From assembly GCA_904063045.1 (NCBI GenBank), contig CAJFCJ010000001.1:1240001-1304000 (forward strand): 64,000 nucleotides of DNA. Reading direction: 5' to 3'. The translations under genes and the position numbers were made by a program. The notes beneath the pieces are model-generated. The model searched no databases, had not been told where the DNA came from, and saw only the letters and a program-made list of their open reading frames with translations. The DNA is from Dimorphilus gyrociliatus (lineage: Eukaryota > Animalia > Annelida). Within the stretch, counting starts at the first letter, position 1. The number at the start of each line of letters is the position of its first letter. Of this stretch, positions 18,068-32,681 are shown piece by piece.

Positions 18068-19372
18068 CTATGAGATTTTTTTATGAATGGGCCTATCAAT
18101 AATTGTGGGGACTAATTGATTACAGAAGATGAATACTTTTACACGGTCGAATACAAATAGGAAGATTAAAAGTAGGCTTAAATATTGAACCCATCCCCAT
18201 TTAATCATCTGCCAGAACCCGGGTCTAAATCTAAAATTAAAAGAAACTAGTCAGGAAAACTTTGTAAAGGTAAATTCTGAAACTTACAAAATGGTCTCCT
18301 CTGGATATTTAATTGTAGCATCAACAACAAAACGATCATTTATGGGTTTACCTTTCTTCCAGACTGCATACTCATCACTAAATGTTGTTGAGACTAAAAA
18401 CGAAAGAATATATGTTAGCAATTAAATTACTAGATACAAAGGAAAAACAAACAATTTCTCTTTGCGTAATTTGCGAAAATGGTGGATAAATCATACGATT
18501 CTGATAGAAGACTTGTACTGTTTATGATAGATTTCTGCAAGTAAAAATGAAAAGATAAGAGGAAAATTTATACATTTTCAGAGGACTCACGTTGTAAACA
18601 TTATTAGTTCCTTTATAGCCTATAGGAAATCGCTGTTTAAATTTTAGGTCACCAACAGTTGTTAGCTCACTTCCAGTAAACGGCGAGAAACGACTAACGT
18701 GAGCCATACATTCCATGGTCAATCTTTGATAGGTATAAAGCTTGTACTCGAAGAACACCAACATATCTATCCCCTTAACATTTTCATCACCTAATAGTGG
18801 AATTTCTAACAATAGGCGAGTCTCATCTTTTTTGCCGTCGAAGAACTCATCAGTTTCTTGCGACTGTGAAATTTTTATAAAAAATAAGCCTAAACAAACA
18901 TAATTTATTTTGCAAATATTTCTACAAATTCTATATAACCTAAATCTTAATTTGGAGAGACATAATAAGAAACCTAATGATGAAAAACTTTAACTTACTT
19001 TTACAATAGGAATTCTTAATTGGTTGGAATAAAGTACATTATAGTTGTTGTAAGTACTCCAAGTCAAAAATTGATCATTGTCTAAATATACGAGAAGGAG
19101 AATTTCATGTTTGAATCTGACATCCCCTTGTTCTCGATAATTATCTATTTTTTTCCAAAATCCTGCCGGCGCGAACAAGTTTAGACTTAAATTCTTTCAA
19201 ATTCTAACTTAAAATCAAAGATTACAAGCTTACCTTGGCTTTTATAAGCAATAATCAATGGAGGTATGAAAGTTAAAGCTATTATAAATATTTGTAAAAA
19301 GGTAGCCTTGGAAAAAATATGAGTTTTATAACGTCGAATTTCTGGATGGGAAAATATTTCGAAGACGGCCAT
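18068..19372 (-). CDS. TMEM231: Ciliary transition-zone protein TMEM231
   Basis: [15 protein letters not shown]...[30 protein letters not shown]; last exon [18 protein letters not shown]. Confidence 0.9.
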
Positions 19373-19947
19373 TTTACATTTTCGTGTTTCGTAGGAACAG
19401 AAAATACTATAAAAGATAGACTGCTCAAAGATATGGAAATACTGTCGCTCATTTCGAGCTCGACCCAGTCTACTCACACTTTCTTTAATGTACAAAAAAT
19501 TCAAGCAAAAATACTGTTTTTATACATACATATTATTGGGATGCCTAAAATACTTTTCTTATCGATCAAAATCAAAACTTAGTGGTCTTTTACCGTCACT
19601 ACTGCGAATTTTTAAATTGTAACTTTTAAAAAAAGCTTTTGTGCTCGAATTGAACGGGAAACCAGTCTCTACAGTACAATATCTTCAAAGATATGCTTTC
19701 ACTCACTTTGAATTTAAATTTAAAATTAAGTTTAATAGATATTGCTAAGGTATTCAATAATTTTTATAAATAAGGAAAGAATAAGCAAGTAAATTTTCCC
19801 AAGGTCTTTCTACAATAACATTAATTAACAAAAATAAAGCTATGTACAATTTTTTAGCCAAAAGACTCTGACAATTAGACAAAAATTCTCAGAAAACAGT
19901 ATGGAATCGTCCTGCATCTTAAATGAATTCTTTAAAAATATTCTTTC

Positions 19948-20975
<1,028 letters not shown>

Positions 20976-21053
20976 TTTATATAATGAAAGCTATTCGAAA
21001 TAAAAAATAAAAATTTTCATAAAGTTCCAACTCAACATCAGCTCCGTAGGAAA

Positions 21054-21067
21054 CCGGATGTGGAAGT
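21054..21067. promoter_or_regulatory. Tandem ETS-like sites (CCGGATGT, GGAAGT) in the TVP23/UBE3B bidirectional promoter
   Basis: ccggatgtggaagt forms a GC-rich island between the divergent start codons. Confidence 0.4.
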
Positions 21068-21288
21068 GGAATCTATTTTCGTATTATTTTTAAAATAATA
21101 TGGATCGGGGTCACAATAAATGACGAAAATTTTTGTAACTTTTATTCATGAATTTCTACTATTATGATAGTGATATTTATGTTTATAAAAAATGAGCAAT
21201 ACCCACCGACTGTATTTTAGCAGTACCCAAAAAAAATATTCTATGTTTCAATAATGATTAACACCACAAATCTTCGCAAACCAACAAA

Positions 21289-24200
21289 ATGTTAACTGAC
21301 GACCCGGAGAAGAAGAATGAATTTTTAAATGCTGCAAAATCAGCAAGAGAAGAAAGAGCTGCAAAGAAATTACAAGAAGATGCAGCGATTAGAATACAAG
21401 TAAATACAGACCTTAAACTTATATAAATTACTTACTCTTCCGATTTAGTCTTTTGTTAGAGGATCTCTTAGTCGAAAGAAAACCTATTCCACACTTAGAG
21501 ATGAGATCGATAGTTATTTGAAAGTACGTCAAGGATCACTTGATTATAATCCATCACAGTTTGGCTCAGGTTGGTTAAGCTAAACCTCTTACTAAAAAGT
21601 ACCATTTTACTCCTTCCATCAATATAAGCTATTCCTCAGAGAAGACCGTAATAAATAATCGAAGAAAAAAACAATTTAACTGAGGGAGATTGAACTATTC
21701 ACCTTAAAAAAATTCATTAATTAAAAGTATTTAAAGGCTTCTTTTAGAGTAAAATATTAATTTCCAGCAAATTTCATTTCGTTTTCCATGCTTTGAAAGA
21801 TTATTGATTTCAGCTCTCTCAACTTATAACCATCTGAGTAAGCTTCTCTTCGTTTTTAAGCAGGAAAAAGATTTATTCGTAGGTAACTGATTTTGACCCT
21901 GAATGTAAAGTAAAACCGTTTTTTCTAAATTCATTAGAGATTTCAATGCTTCTGCAAATATTTACTGGCCAGCATATTACAGAGTACACTTAAAGTCAAT
22001 TATATACCTTTGGCAATGCCAAAGACACATTTCGTTTTATGGATTGAACAAGCAAAAAAAGTACTATTGAAGTGTTGTCAAATAACAGAAATTTTAAAGG
22101 TTTGTGTCTACTAAATGAAAAAATAAAGATAAATAATGTTTTCCATCGTTATCCAACAGCCAGATGTTGCTAAGGAGTTGTGCGCAATTACTGTATTTAT
22201 TAATACTATTTTCAGCTTCACAAGCACATCTACTTGGAAAGTATTTAAAGATAACGAAAGTTAGTTACCTAGCTTTTCTTATTTGTGAATAGGAAAATGA
22301 TGAATCATCTTTCAGATGCTCAACTAAAAAGTAGCATTGATAAAATTTGTTCCAACATCTTAGCATATTTGTATGATAAAGGATTATTTCTTAGCCTTCA
22401 AGTAATATCTTTATTTTATCTGTTCATTTAATCTCTCAGTGTTCTATTTTCAGATTGTTCTGAAAAGAGCGTGTTCTAGAAGCAAGCCGTTTTTTAATAA
22501 CGCTTTGCTCTCTGTTTGTGTGACGATTGGTTTAAGGTATTATTACAAACTTTAAATATATTAATTACACACATTTATTGATATTGTTAAAAAAAGATAA
22601 TGGGTAATTTGTCAACAATTTTACAGACGCGTGCAGCTGACAAACGACGAATCAACAGCTTCCCAGTTTTTATTAAGATTTGTTTCAACTCCTGCATTAT
22701 TCTTTCATTTAAAAGCAGGAAGTGAAAAGATTTTTAACCAAATAAAAACTTTAAATCTGCTGGATAGTATGGTTGAAATATTGAAAAATGACCAAAGCAG
22801 AAAAATTGTGTTTTATTCACTTGATGAAAATTATAAATTATGTTTGCTTGGTAAGCTAGTTTTTCGAGTTGTTTAGTAACTTCTAATTAGAAAATGATCA
22901 CTTTTAGCTAATCTTGTTGACATTGCCCTTTACTCCAATGACTTTCTGGGAACCAGAGCTGAAAGTATTGCTGTAAGTGTTATGCATAGTTTCGCCCAGA
23001 GTTATAATTATAATCTTCAATCTTCAGAAAATTGTCATAGATATTCTACAACAATGTGGAAAATACACTCAGAATAAAAAGTCAAATTTATGTAATTGGC
23101 ATCCCATTTTGGGTTGGTTTTCTCAATCGGTGGACCAAAGGTCTTTTCTCGTAATTTATTTACTATATCTCTTTTTTTACATATTATACTTCATTTTAGC
23201 ATTCAAGAAGCGATGCCACTAGTTAATATACAGCTACAGCAACTATGGAAAGCATCTGCAATAAAGCAATTTTTTGAATTGTTGCTTTTAACTGATCACG
23301 CACAAATTGGATGCGTCTCTCCTAACAGACAAGGAAGTCAATCGAAGGAAACAAAAAGTATATAGTGTTTTTCTTTTTTTGCAGGAGTTCATTTGGTATT
23401 AATTTCATTTTTTTTTATCAGATATTTTTCAAAAGATACGTGAAAAAGCTAACAAAGTTTCATCTTCGAATATAGCTGGCTTAAAATTAGAATCACCTTT
23501 GTGTAAGCTCTGCAGAATAGTATGCCAAATGTATCAGACAGCTCTTTTAGCCTTGTCTCAATTAAAATTAGACATATTATCAAGTTTGAGGTAAAAAAAA
23601 ACACGGAAATTATTTGAACAAAATCGTATATTTATGCCATTTTTAGCAATAATAATAATCCTGATTTGATAACCAAGTTATGGTGTGTTGTGTTAACACC
23701 TGGAGTAAATCCTGCTGCAAAAGCCTACACCGATCTTATGAGTATGAGCAGATGCGGTGATGAGTTTTCAATTTTACTACTTGCTTGTGAAGTATCGAGC
23801 CATTTGATGATGTAAGTAATTTTTGTTTAGTTTCTTCTCTTAAGTCTAATTACTCTTTTCATAGTATTTTGGATGATGGAGAGCTCTACGAACGGCAAAC
23901 ACCGTTTACCTTAGATTTACTTGGCTCGATATCTGATTTCCTAAATCAATTGTGCTTTAAACTCATTTGGAGCGGAAATATCAGTTAGTAAAATTCATTA
24001 AAATAAATGGTCCTTACTTTGAACTTTTACAGAAGTAGGAGAAGCAGAGGAAAGCGATTTATTCAAGTCATTGCATTCTCTGTTAATGCTTATATATGAG
24101 AGAAATTGTAGGAGGGCTTTTGTTAGCGATGAACATTGGCTAATTAAGTATGTCAGCTAACATTTGATGTAGAATCTATTAATATATTTCACCTTTCTTT

Positions 24201-25724
24201 TAGGGATGTAAAGCCGTCACATATTTTATCCGAAATGGAAAAAGGCGATAAGAAGAGGGAAGCAAATTTTTTGTTGCAAAAAGTTCCTCATATAATTCCT
24301 CATAAAGATGTAATATCACGATTTGCTAAAAGTTATCTAATGAAATTTAATTGATTCCCCCTTTCAGAGAGTGGTCCTCTTCCGAAAGTTCATTCAGGCT
24401 AATAAATCGTCCTTAAATATAACCAATTCTCTATCATCCCCACGACCTACGATAATTACAGTACATAGATCTCACTTAGTTGAAGATGGCTATCGTCAAT
24501 TAGCAGAAATATCTCCTAAAGACTTAAAAGGGGTAATTCGTGTGAAATTTGTAAATGAACAAGGCCTTGATGAAGCTGGTATTGATCAGGATGGCGTTTT
24601 TAAAGAATTTTTAGAAGAAACTATTAGTAGAATATTTGATCCTAGCTTAAATTTGTTTAAAACAACAGACGAACAAAAACTTTATCCTTCCCCTACCTCA
24701 TTCGTTCAAGACGATCATCTGCAATTATTCAATTTTGTTGGTAAAATGTTAGCGAAAGCGGTTTATGAAGGCATAGTTGTTGAACTGCCCTTTGCTCCAT
24801 TTTTCCTTTCGCAACTGTTAGGAAAGAAGCATAGTAATATTTATAGTCCTATTGATGAATTGCCATCGTTAGATGCCGAGTTATACAAAAATTTGACGTT
24901 CATAAAGCACTACGAAGGCAATGTCGCAGATCTTGATTTAACGTTTTCCTGCACCCAAGATGTTCTTGGAAAACTCCAAAGTTTTGATTTAACACCTGGA
25001 GGTTCCGCCCTTAACGTCACAAACGAAAATAAGTTAGTTACTATTTCATTTGTATTTTCTGATATATATTGTATTTAATTGTATCCTTAGAATTCGGTAT
25101 ATTCATTTAATGGCCAATTTCCGAATGAGAACTCAAATTAAACATCAGACAGCCGCTTTCCTTCAGGGATTTAAATCTATTGTAAATTCAGAATGGTTGT
25201 CATTATTCTCAGCTAGAGAGCTGCAAAAATTAATCTCAGGAGACACTGTTGATATAGACTTAGATGACTTACGACAGCACACGCACTATTATGGTGGCTT
25301 TCATAACAATCACAAAGTTGTCTCCTGGCTTTGGGATATATTAAATAAGGATTTTAATGCTCAGGAAAGAGCACTATTTTTAAAAGTTGGTTTCTTTTTT
25401 ATTTCAATAATCCGTCTTGATATTTCTGTTACCATATAGTTTGTTACGAGCTGTTCTAAGCCGCCTCTACTAGGTTTTGCCAACTTAGAACCACCCTTCT
25501 CGATCAGATGTGTTGAAGTCAGCGACGATCAAGATAACGGAGACACTGTGGGATCTGTTATTAAAGGGTTTTTCAATGTTCGAAAAAAAGAAACTATGAG
25601 TCGATTGCCAACTTCGTCTACTTGTTTTAATTTATTGAAATTACCAAATTACCAAAAAAAGAGTACGTTAAGAGAGAAGCTGCGTTACGCAATAACGTCT
25701 AATACAGGCTTCGAACTCTCTTAA
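21289..25724 (+). CDS. UBE3B: HECT E3 ubiquitin ligase UBE3B, multi-exon
   Basis: N-terminal IQ motif AKSAREERA...AAIRIQSFVRG; HECT domain [17 protein letters not shown]; UBE3B-specific [16 protein letters not shown]; catalytic [12 protein letters not shown]; ends NTGFELS*. Confidence 0.95.
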
Positions 25725-25876
25725 TTTTGTACTAATTTATATTGCCAAATGTTCAATTTGAAAAAACAAATCATTTCAAAACAATAAACATACCAGTTTT
25801 GATATTGAAATCTCTCCCTTGTTGGTTTCACCTTTGATGATTCTATATAGCACTGTCACTGTAATTTTCAATTTTA

Positions 25877-26753
25877 TTACAAAACACCAAAAATCTCTTC
25901 AAAATGTTTTTCAAAATCAGGTGATTCGCTTAAAATCCAATTTCTAACATTTTTTGCATCAGCTTCGCAATTCACCAATCTATCTTTTTTGTCGAATGAT
26001 TCCAGACCATTCAAAGAACGATTAAGTGATTTCCATAAAGTTTGGTTGCCCGGGTGCAGCCAAATTAAATACTTATGGAATAAGATTTTCTCTGTCAAAT
26101 AATATTTTATTAAGTTGGACAATGTAATGATTAAAATCACCATTTTCATTAACAGCTGTCTCTAGCAATAACGAAACTATATATGAAGTTTGGTCGTAAT
26201 TTCCACACCCTTTGAGCTAAACAAAAAATGAGGAAATGTAATTGTATTTGTATCTCTAAGTAGACTGAATATGTTGAATATCGGTGTTGTATTTACCAGC
26301 AGTAAGATTATATTCCGACATTCCTCATACTGTTTCGTCGCATGATAGCACCTTGCCAAACAGTCTTGGGCTTCTCGATAAGCTCGGCAATCTTTATTTT
26401 TCATTACCTCTAGAATTTTATTAGATTAACGTATTATCTATCCTCCATAAATGGAAGCAAAAAATTACCTATTGCCTTTGTGTACCAGTCCACAGCTTCA
26501 CTAAACGATTGATTATAATAAGCGTAGTCACCTCTATATTTATATAACTCTTCCTCGTATTCATCAGTCGTTGCATCTTCTTTCATAAACCACTATTTGA
26601 GAAATCTCAATTGATATTTTTTTAAAACTCTTTTGTTATACATACAAGTTTTTCAAAAGTTTTAATGTCTAAATTTTTCTCTTTCATTTTTTGTGCCTTA
26701 TCTTCTTGGCAACAATGATCAAAAACATTTGATATTTCACTGATTGAATCCAT
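25877..26753 (-). CDS. C8orf76-like uncharacterised TPR-type protein, multi-exon
   Basis: Exons give WF...KYRGDYAYYNQSFSEAVDWY, REAQDCLARCY and LIWLHPGNQTLW. These parallel the recalled human C8orf76 segments KFKGDLAY, EGQARCLA and LISLHPFNP. Confidence 0.65.
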
Positions 26754-27021
26754 AGCTTTACTATTTAAAAGAATAAGGATAACAAAAACGCATGTTTTCC
26801 TATATTGTGCAAAATATTTGCATTTTCCGTTTCCGGAACTCCCAATCTCTATTCTTAGCGGACAATTCAAATTTTACATTAAGAAATTTGACTAATTTTC
26901 TTATGAATGATATACTATAATTTATTCTTAATTTTCATAGACAAAAGGTTATCGTTCTTATTTTCAAATACTAAACATAATTCAGCCGAAAATATTAGCT
27001 AAATAGTACATTTTATAATAT

Positions 27022-27816
27022 TTAAGATATTTTCTTGGAGGTTACCATTTTAGAGGGCACAATTGTTCTTTTTAATATTTCTTTGGAAGTAAGAAGAGAT
27101 TTTTCTTCATAATTTCTCTAAAATAAATAAGATAAATAAATATACATATATACATATATTTGCATTTATAAAGCATAAAAGTCAATGCTTAAATATCTAA
27201 GAGTATATTTATATATTAGCATGTTTACGTACTTCTTCCTCTTCTCTGACATTTTTTAATTCTACTCCTTCTGACCTTAAGCTATCGACCGCTTTATCAA
27301 AGGCTTCTTCCGAATATCTATCATCTGGACTGAATTCCATGTATTTATTGATGAATCTTTAAAGGAATATATAAGTTCGGCTCTTTAAATTTTAATATTC
27401 TAGAATATTTATCAACCATTTACCTTTGAATGACATTTGAAGAATTATTATCGATTAAGTCTAAATTGTCTGGATTACCATATTCTGTATAAAATTTTCT
27501 GTAAGGAAATATGAGTTTATTGAGCAGAACTTAAGTATAGAATAGACTAACGATCGAGCCATATCTTCTATATACAATATATCTTTAACCTCACATACTT
27601 CGTGTTTTCTATCTATTCTAGGTTCTGTTTTAGGAGGGAAGGCTGCATAAACATCATACCAGAGAGGTCGTTCAGCATACTTGAGTGCTCCCGATTTCAT
27701 TAAACCATTGATTCTGTCACGTGTGAGCGATATTAGAGTTTTTAACAAAACACAATAAATTTGAATAGATACCTTGTAAATATGGACCCAACTGCCTCGA
27801 ATCTACTACCAGCCAT
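27022..27816 (-). CDS. MRPS23: Mitochondrial ribosomal protein S23
   Basis: Exon 1 MAGSRFEAVGSIFTR; exon 2 LMKSGALKYAERPLWYDVYAAFPPKTEP. Confidence 0.9.
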
Positions 27817-28252
27817 ATCTTCTACGATTTATCGGATATATTATATTTATTTTGTGATTTATTTTGACAAGAATAGTAATGGAGTTTTATCCTTTGTCTA
27901 CCAGTTTCCTCAGACAAAATGTTCAGACAGACAAATTAATATGAAACTTCCATAAATCTTAGTATACATAGTTTAGTATATTCAATAACACATGGTTTTT
28001 GCCAAAAGCAAATGGAAATGATTTAAATTGAGTTTTTATTCAGCCAAGTTTTAAAATAAACATATATTTACAACTGATCAAATTACATCTTAAAGTGAAA
28101 ACCCTAAAATTAAGTCAAGTCAACTTGTTAGCATTGGTTCAAGTTTAAGCCAACTTATAAAAAGACAAATATATCTTTTATTTTTAAAGTTAACATAAAA
28201 TTATGGTATATATAACTGCGCTTATACTTATTTACAAAAACAAATAATATTG

Positions 28253-29671
28253 TTAAAGGGCTAACATCTTTTTTATTTCTTCTCCTTCAGTTTTTAAATC
28301 ATCACTAACATATCTATCTAAAAGCTCTCTCTTTTTTCTTAATATTAACGCTTTCTCAATATCTTTTTGTGTTGGAACTTCAACATGAGATATCATTACT
28401 GAACTTGTATCAGCTACTACTTTTTCCTCAGGTTCTGACAGTTTTATATCATCCTTGACATTAGGCTGAAAACGGTTAAAAGCGATAAAAATTACTGCAT
28501 TTTCATAAGATATTCAACTCACATCTTTTAATCCAATTAAAGTATAATTATTTGGCTTCTTTTGAGAAGATTTTTGTGTTTGAACGAGGTTTCGTATTGC
28601 TTCCTTTTCATACTCCGCTTCCAACGGGACCAGAATTCCGTCATCTTCATCTCTATATCCATAATAATCAGCGTCAACGTTACGCATAAGCTCTGCTCTT
28701 GTTTTTCGAGATGTTTCAGGCGGACCTTGCTCAAATAGCTCTCTGACACCAGGTAGATCTTTTGCTGCTCCAAAATATCTAACAAAACAAGTTATATGCT
28801 CGGTAATTTAATTGATATTATCAAATTTGTCGTCATACTTATATCCTCTATTCCCCGGTACTTCTTTTCCTTCGTGATCTAACATTTTTGGGCCCAATCT
28901 CTGTATAATAACTTTTCGTAATTAAAGAATTCACGAACAAAGATGGTAGATTACCAAAAAATTTGGTCCTCCTAATTCATTAATCTGAATTTCCCAGTGT
29001 CGTTTTTCTCTTAAGAGTTTGTTAATTTCATCATTCAAGTCACGTAATTTAAACTCTCCGAGACCAGCATTTTGAATCTGAGCTACCTTCTTAGAAATTT
29101 CTCCAATGACCTAAAAATAGAGGAAATTAAGATAACCAAACAACTCTAATGCAAAAAATGACTAACCTCTCTTCTCCATTTCATACAAACTTTAACATTA
29201 GTACATTCAGAGGCTAAATGAGGTCTTTTCTTTGGCTTTCCCTTAAGCAACTCTTCCTGATATAACCTCCATCGGTTCAGAGTGGTCCTGTTGTAAAAAA
29301 TTTAAAAATATATAAATATTTATAATACAATAAAACAAAACTTCTCGATTAACTTATATTATGTATGTAAGATTAGAAGTCCCTAATGTAAGTAAATTTT
29401 GCTTTGTGCATTTCATAAAATAATACACGTGTATTGGATCCTACAGTTTACGCAGAAATGACTACAGATTCGATCAATCATAGAGTATTACAACTTTAAC
29501 AGAAATTACAAGACTTACATTGCCTTTTCTGAGTTTCGAGCCTGAAATAAAAAAACAATTACATATCTTGAATAATACTAAAGGTATATTTAAGTATAAT
29601 AGATTAATCCAAATAAAACGCCTATGAAAAAATCATTTATAAATTATTATAACAATGATCATATTTACCAT
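28253..29671 (-). CDS. ISY1: Spliceosome NTC component ISY1
   Basis: ATG-only first coding exon (29671-29669, followed by gtaaat); then ARNSEKAM, RPHLASEC, LGEFKLRDLNDEINKLLREKRHWEIQINELGGPN, GNRGYKYFGAAKDLPGVRELFE. Confidence 0.93.
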
Positions 29672-30186
29672 TTTTATTTGTGTAGAGGTAAAGAAATAGA
29701 GATAAACTATAAACAAACGATTAGAAAACGTTTTTTCGCCGCTATATGGTCAGGCTGATTGGTAAAATATTGTTGAACCGAAATACCAGTTCTTGCTACA
29801 GCAGGGTTCCTGGTCTCGAATTTATAAGTTTTCAAAACGCCAGTAATACCTTATTTCTCAGCTGTGGGTCTAATAATATGATATTTTATCACTCTTGGTA
29901 TTTTATTTTAACCTTCATATTATTACTCCAAGAAGAAATCTACTTACTTTGGACTCGAACAATGCATTCTGTAAAATATAGCAAATGTAATATAAATCTA
30001 TAATTGTTGGTTGTTAAAATTAGGCAGTTTATTTAACTGATCAAAGTCAAGCAAAGTTAATAGTCACATACAAATATTTCTTTAACTAATTTCAAAATTT
30101 TTAGAACCAGTCTATGACTTTATAAAGACACTGTCGGCTTCGAAAGTAGGATATTTCAAATATCGCCCACACACATTGACTTAAAC

Positions 30187-31093
30187 ATGCGATGGAAATT
30201 TTGGAAAGAATCACTAACAGAAGAAACTCGTCAAACCGAGTTCTTCAAACCTGGGGCTGTATATCATACTTCCGACAAAAGCTCACTTCCCTCTAATGCA
30301 GTAAGATTAAGCCCTGCTCAACTGTCAATAATGGAATATGAAGTAGCGAAAAACTGGAAAAACAAGCGAGAAATGTAAGTTGTTTATTGGTTGTAAAACT
30401 TAATTTAACTTCATTGCTACTATAAATTTTACGTGTATGCTTTATTATTTTCCTCTGAGAAACTGTCTGGAAGAATTAGTGCACTACATTTTTTTAGTGT
30501 GTAAATTCTTTGAAAACTCTATGACATTGAAGAGAAGATTAATTTCCTTTGTTACATTTTGTAGATTTTCTTACTTGTATGCTCCTCAAATGTGTGGTTC
30601 AATATCTGCAGCCACTGGGCTTGTTTTCACAAATCATCTGAGACAATCTCTAAAATTATCCCGTTATGGCGTTGGTAGATTATCGACTTACGCGTCAGGA
30701 GTTTTTATACCCTTTGCTCTAACTGGGCTAACATACCATCGTTTTGTATCTCAGCGCCAAAATGTCAGTGACAAATGCCAATTATGTGCTATTAATCGAG
30801 GTGTTGCAATACAATTGTTAAATGGATTCCTGCAACCAATGATTCTAACAACTACAGCCTGTTTTGCTGTGGCAAAAGCTTATAAAACCATTGCTTTACC
30901 TGCTTTCTGGGATTTGAGAAAGCAATCATCAATAGTTACTAAAATATTTAAATCTGCCAGACTTCAAATTGGAGCTGCTCTGTTATTAAATGTAGGATTT
31001 GCCGTTTTCTTTACAATACGACAGCGAGAGGGATATCTACTAATCAAGGAAGAAATTCTGAAAAGATATAGTATAAAGAGCAGCAACATATAA
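30187..31093 (+). CDS. TMEM126: TMEM126 family mitochondrial inner-membrane protein, two coding exons
   Basis: Four hydrophobic segments and CQLCAINRGVAIQLLNGFLQPMIL, parallel to TMEM126A CETCTITRSG...GLYPVFL. The start codon is provisional. Confidence 0.7.
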
Positions 31094-31140
31094 AATTCCA
31101 TCAATAAGGAATATATTACAAAGAGTCATCATTGAGATTT

Positions 31141-32464
31141 TTATTTGTCGAATGAGGATGAACATACATTTGAGTTCATTTCTAGCGCTCTGGAACAACT
31201 ACGACGTTTTCTACCGGACCGAGCTTGAACTGGTGACGGATTTTCCAAGGGAGTATTATGATTAATGTCTTCATCTCCTAATAAAATTTTTACATATATA
31301 TCAAATATCCTTTAATGCGTAACTTTTCTTACCAAAAGTTAAGTTTTCTATCATATCGCCAATGGTTTGTAAAGCTTCAACTAAATGTTTAGATACTTTT
31401 GAATCCGAAATATCAGGAGAATTCCAATCAAGTAAAGCTTTTTCTCCGCTTTAGAGATTAAAATACAGCAAAAAAAACGATAATATAACTTATATACAGT
31501 GTAAAGTAATATACTTACAGTTCTAAAGTACTCTTTAAATTGACATGAGTTGCTCCATTCTCAAGTTTCTCCAAGTCCTCTTCAACTTTTGCAAGTTCAT
31601 CAATTTTTGAACGAAAGCAGCTCACAGCGTTTGAATTTTGTAGGAATTTAACTTGTCTTTCATTTTTTAGACGCGATAAAATCTCTAGATGCTTCGCTTT
31701 TAAACACTTTATCAAACTTTGAAATTCTAATTCGACATTAGTCAAGTAATTAGTGAATTCGATATGCTCTCTCTTCTTTATAGATTCGGCTCTTATCATT
31801 TTCTCTGTAAGACTTTCCTTAAAAGTTTTTATATTATTTTTCACTGGTTGAATTTGGCAAAAATTAGTTTCATAAACATTTTTTAGATATAAACTTATAA
31901 CGGTATGAGAATGGTGTCCGTCTATTGCACACCGATGACATATATCTTCCTTACAAACGGTACAGTAGAGAACTAATTTCATTCTCTCCATTTGATGAAA
32001 TTTGCAAAAATCGTCATTGAGCTCTTTGTATGATAGTGAAAATTTCCTTTGGGCGTCTTCAAAAGTCTTAATGACTGATTCTAATTCGTTATTTCGGGTA
32101 AGAGTTGGCTGATCATAGAACTTTTCCTGAGAATTCGGTTTATAATTTATTGTTGATTGATCCAAACACTTTGGACAAGTAATCTAAAAATTATTTTAAA
32201 AGTGTTCAAAAGAATAAATTATGTTTGTTAAATACTTACATCTGCAGTTTTGACTCTTTCTCTCAGCAATGGATCATTATCGTTAAGTAAAGTTAATTTT
32301 ATACTAACAATCAGGGAACTTTTAGGAGAAGGTTGGTCTAAACCATCAATAGACGTCAATAGGCAAATACATTTAAAACAAATATTATGTTTACATCGCA
32401 GTTGCATAGGGTGCGAAAGAAGATTTTTACATTGGGGGCATGATAAGTCTTCCGGTAGATCCAT
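31141..32464 (-). CDS. TRIM-type RING/B-box/coiled-coil protein with no C-terminal domain
   Basis: RING CPQC..CKHNICFKC..ITCPKC, B-box CKFH..YCTVCKEDICHRCAIDGHHSH, a coiled coil, and a short tail containing RKRR. Confidence 0.8.
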
Positions 32465-32681
32465 CTTTAAAGCTGTACATATAGTTAAAAAGAAAATTTT
32501 GAAAATGACGTTTGTGGTCGTATTTTATTACTATTTCGTAAAAACATAATTTTTCATGTATAATTTTTCTCTTTCAAATAAATATTGCTTAGATATAGTT
32601 AAAAATATTTTTACCATTTTTTAAATACACTACGAAAACAAATATATGGTTACCGCCGGTGTTTTTGTCTAATCTACAAGG

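Noticed and set aside
21570-21813. Oversized 244-nt UBE3B intron with a TTCCTCAG/CTGAGGGA stem, considered as a snoRNA host
   Set aside because: It has a CTGA but no RTGATGA box C and no convincing H/ACA layout. A snoReport/Infernal scan would be needed.
25081-25090. GTATCCTT, resembling a U12-type 5' splice site
   Set aside because: It lies at the 3' end of a conventional UBE3B intron (gtatccttAG acceptor), not at a donor position.
29288-29518. 231-nt ISY1 intron with the 14-bp palindrome AATACACGTGTATT (29422-29435), considered as a snoRNA or enhancer
   Set aside because: No C/D boxes on the sense strand. A single E-box palindrome is not enough evidence.
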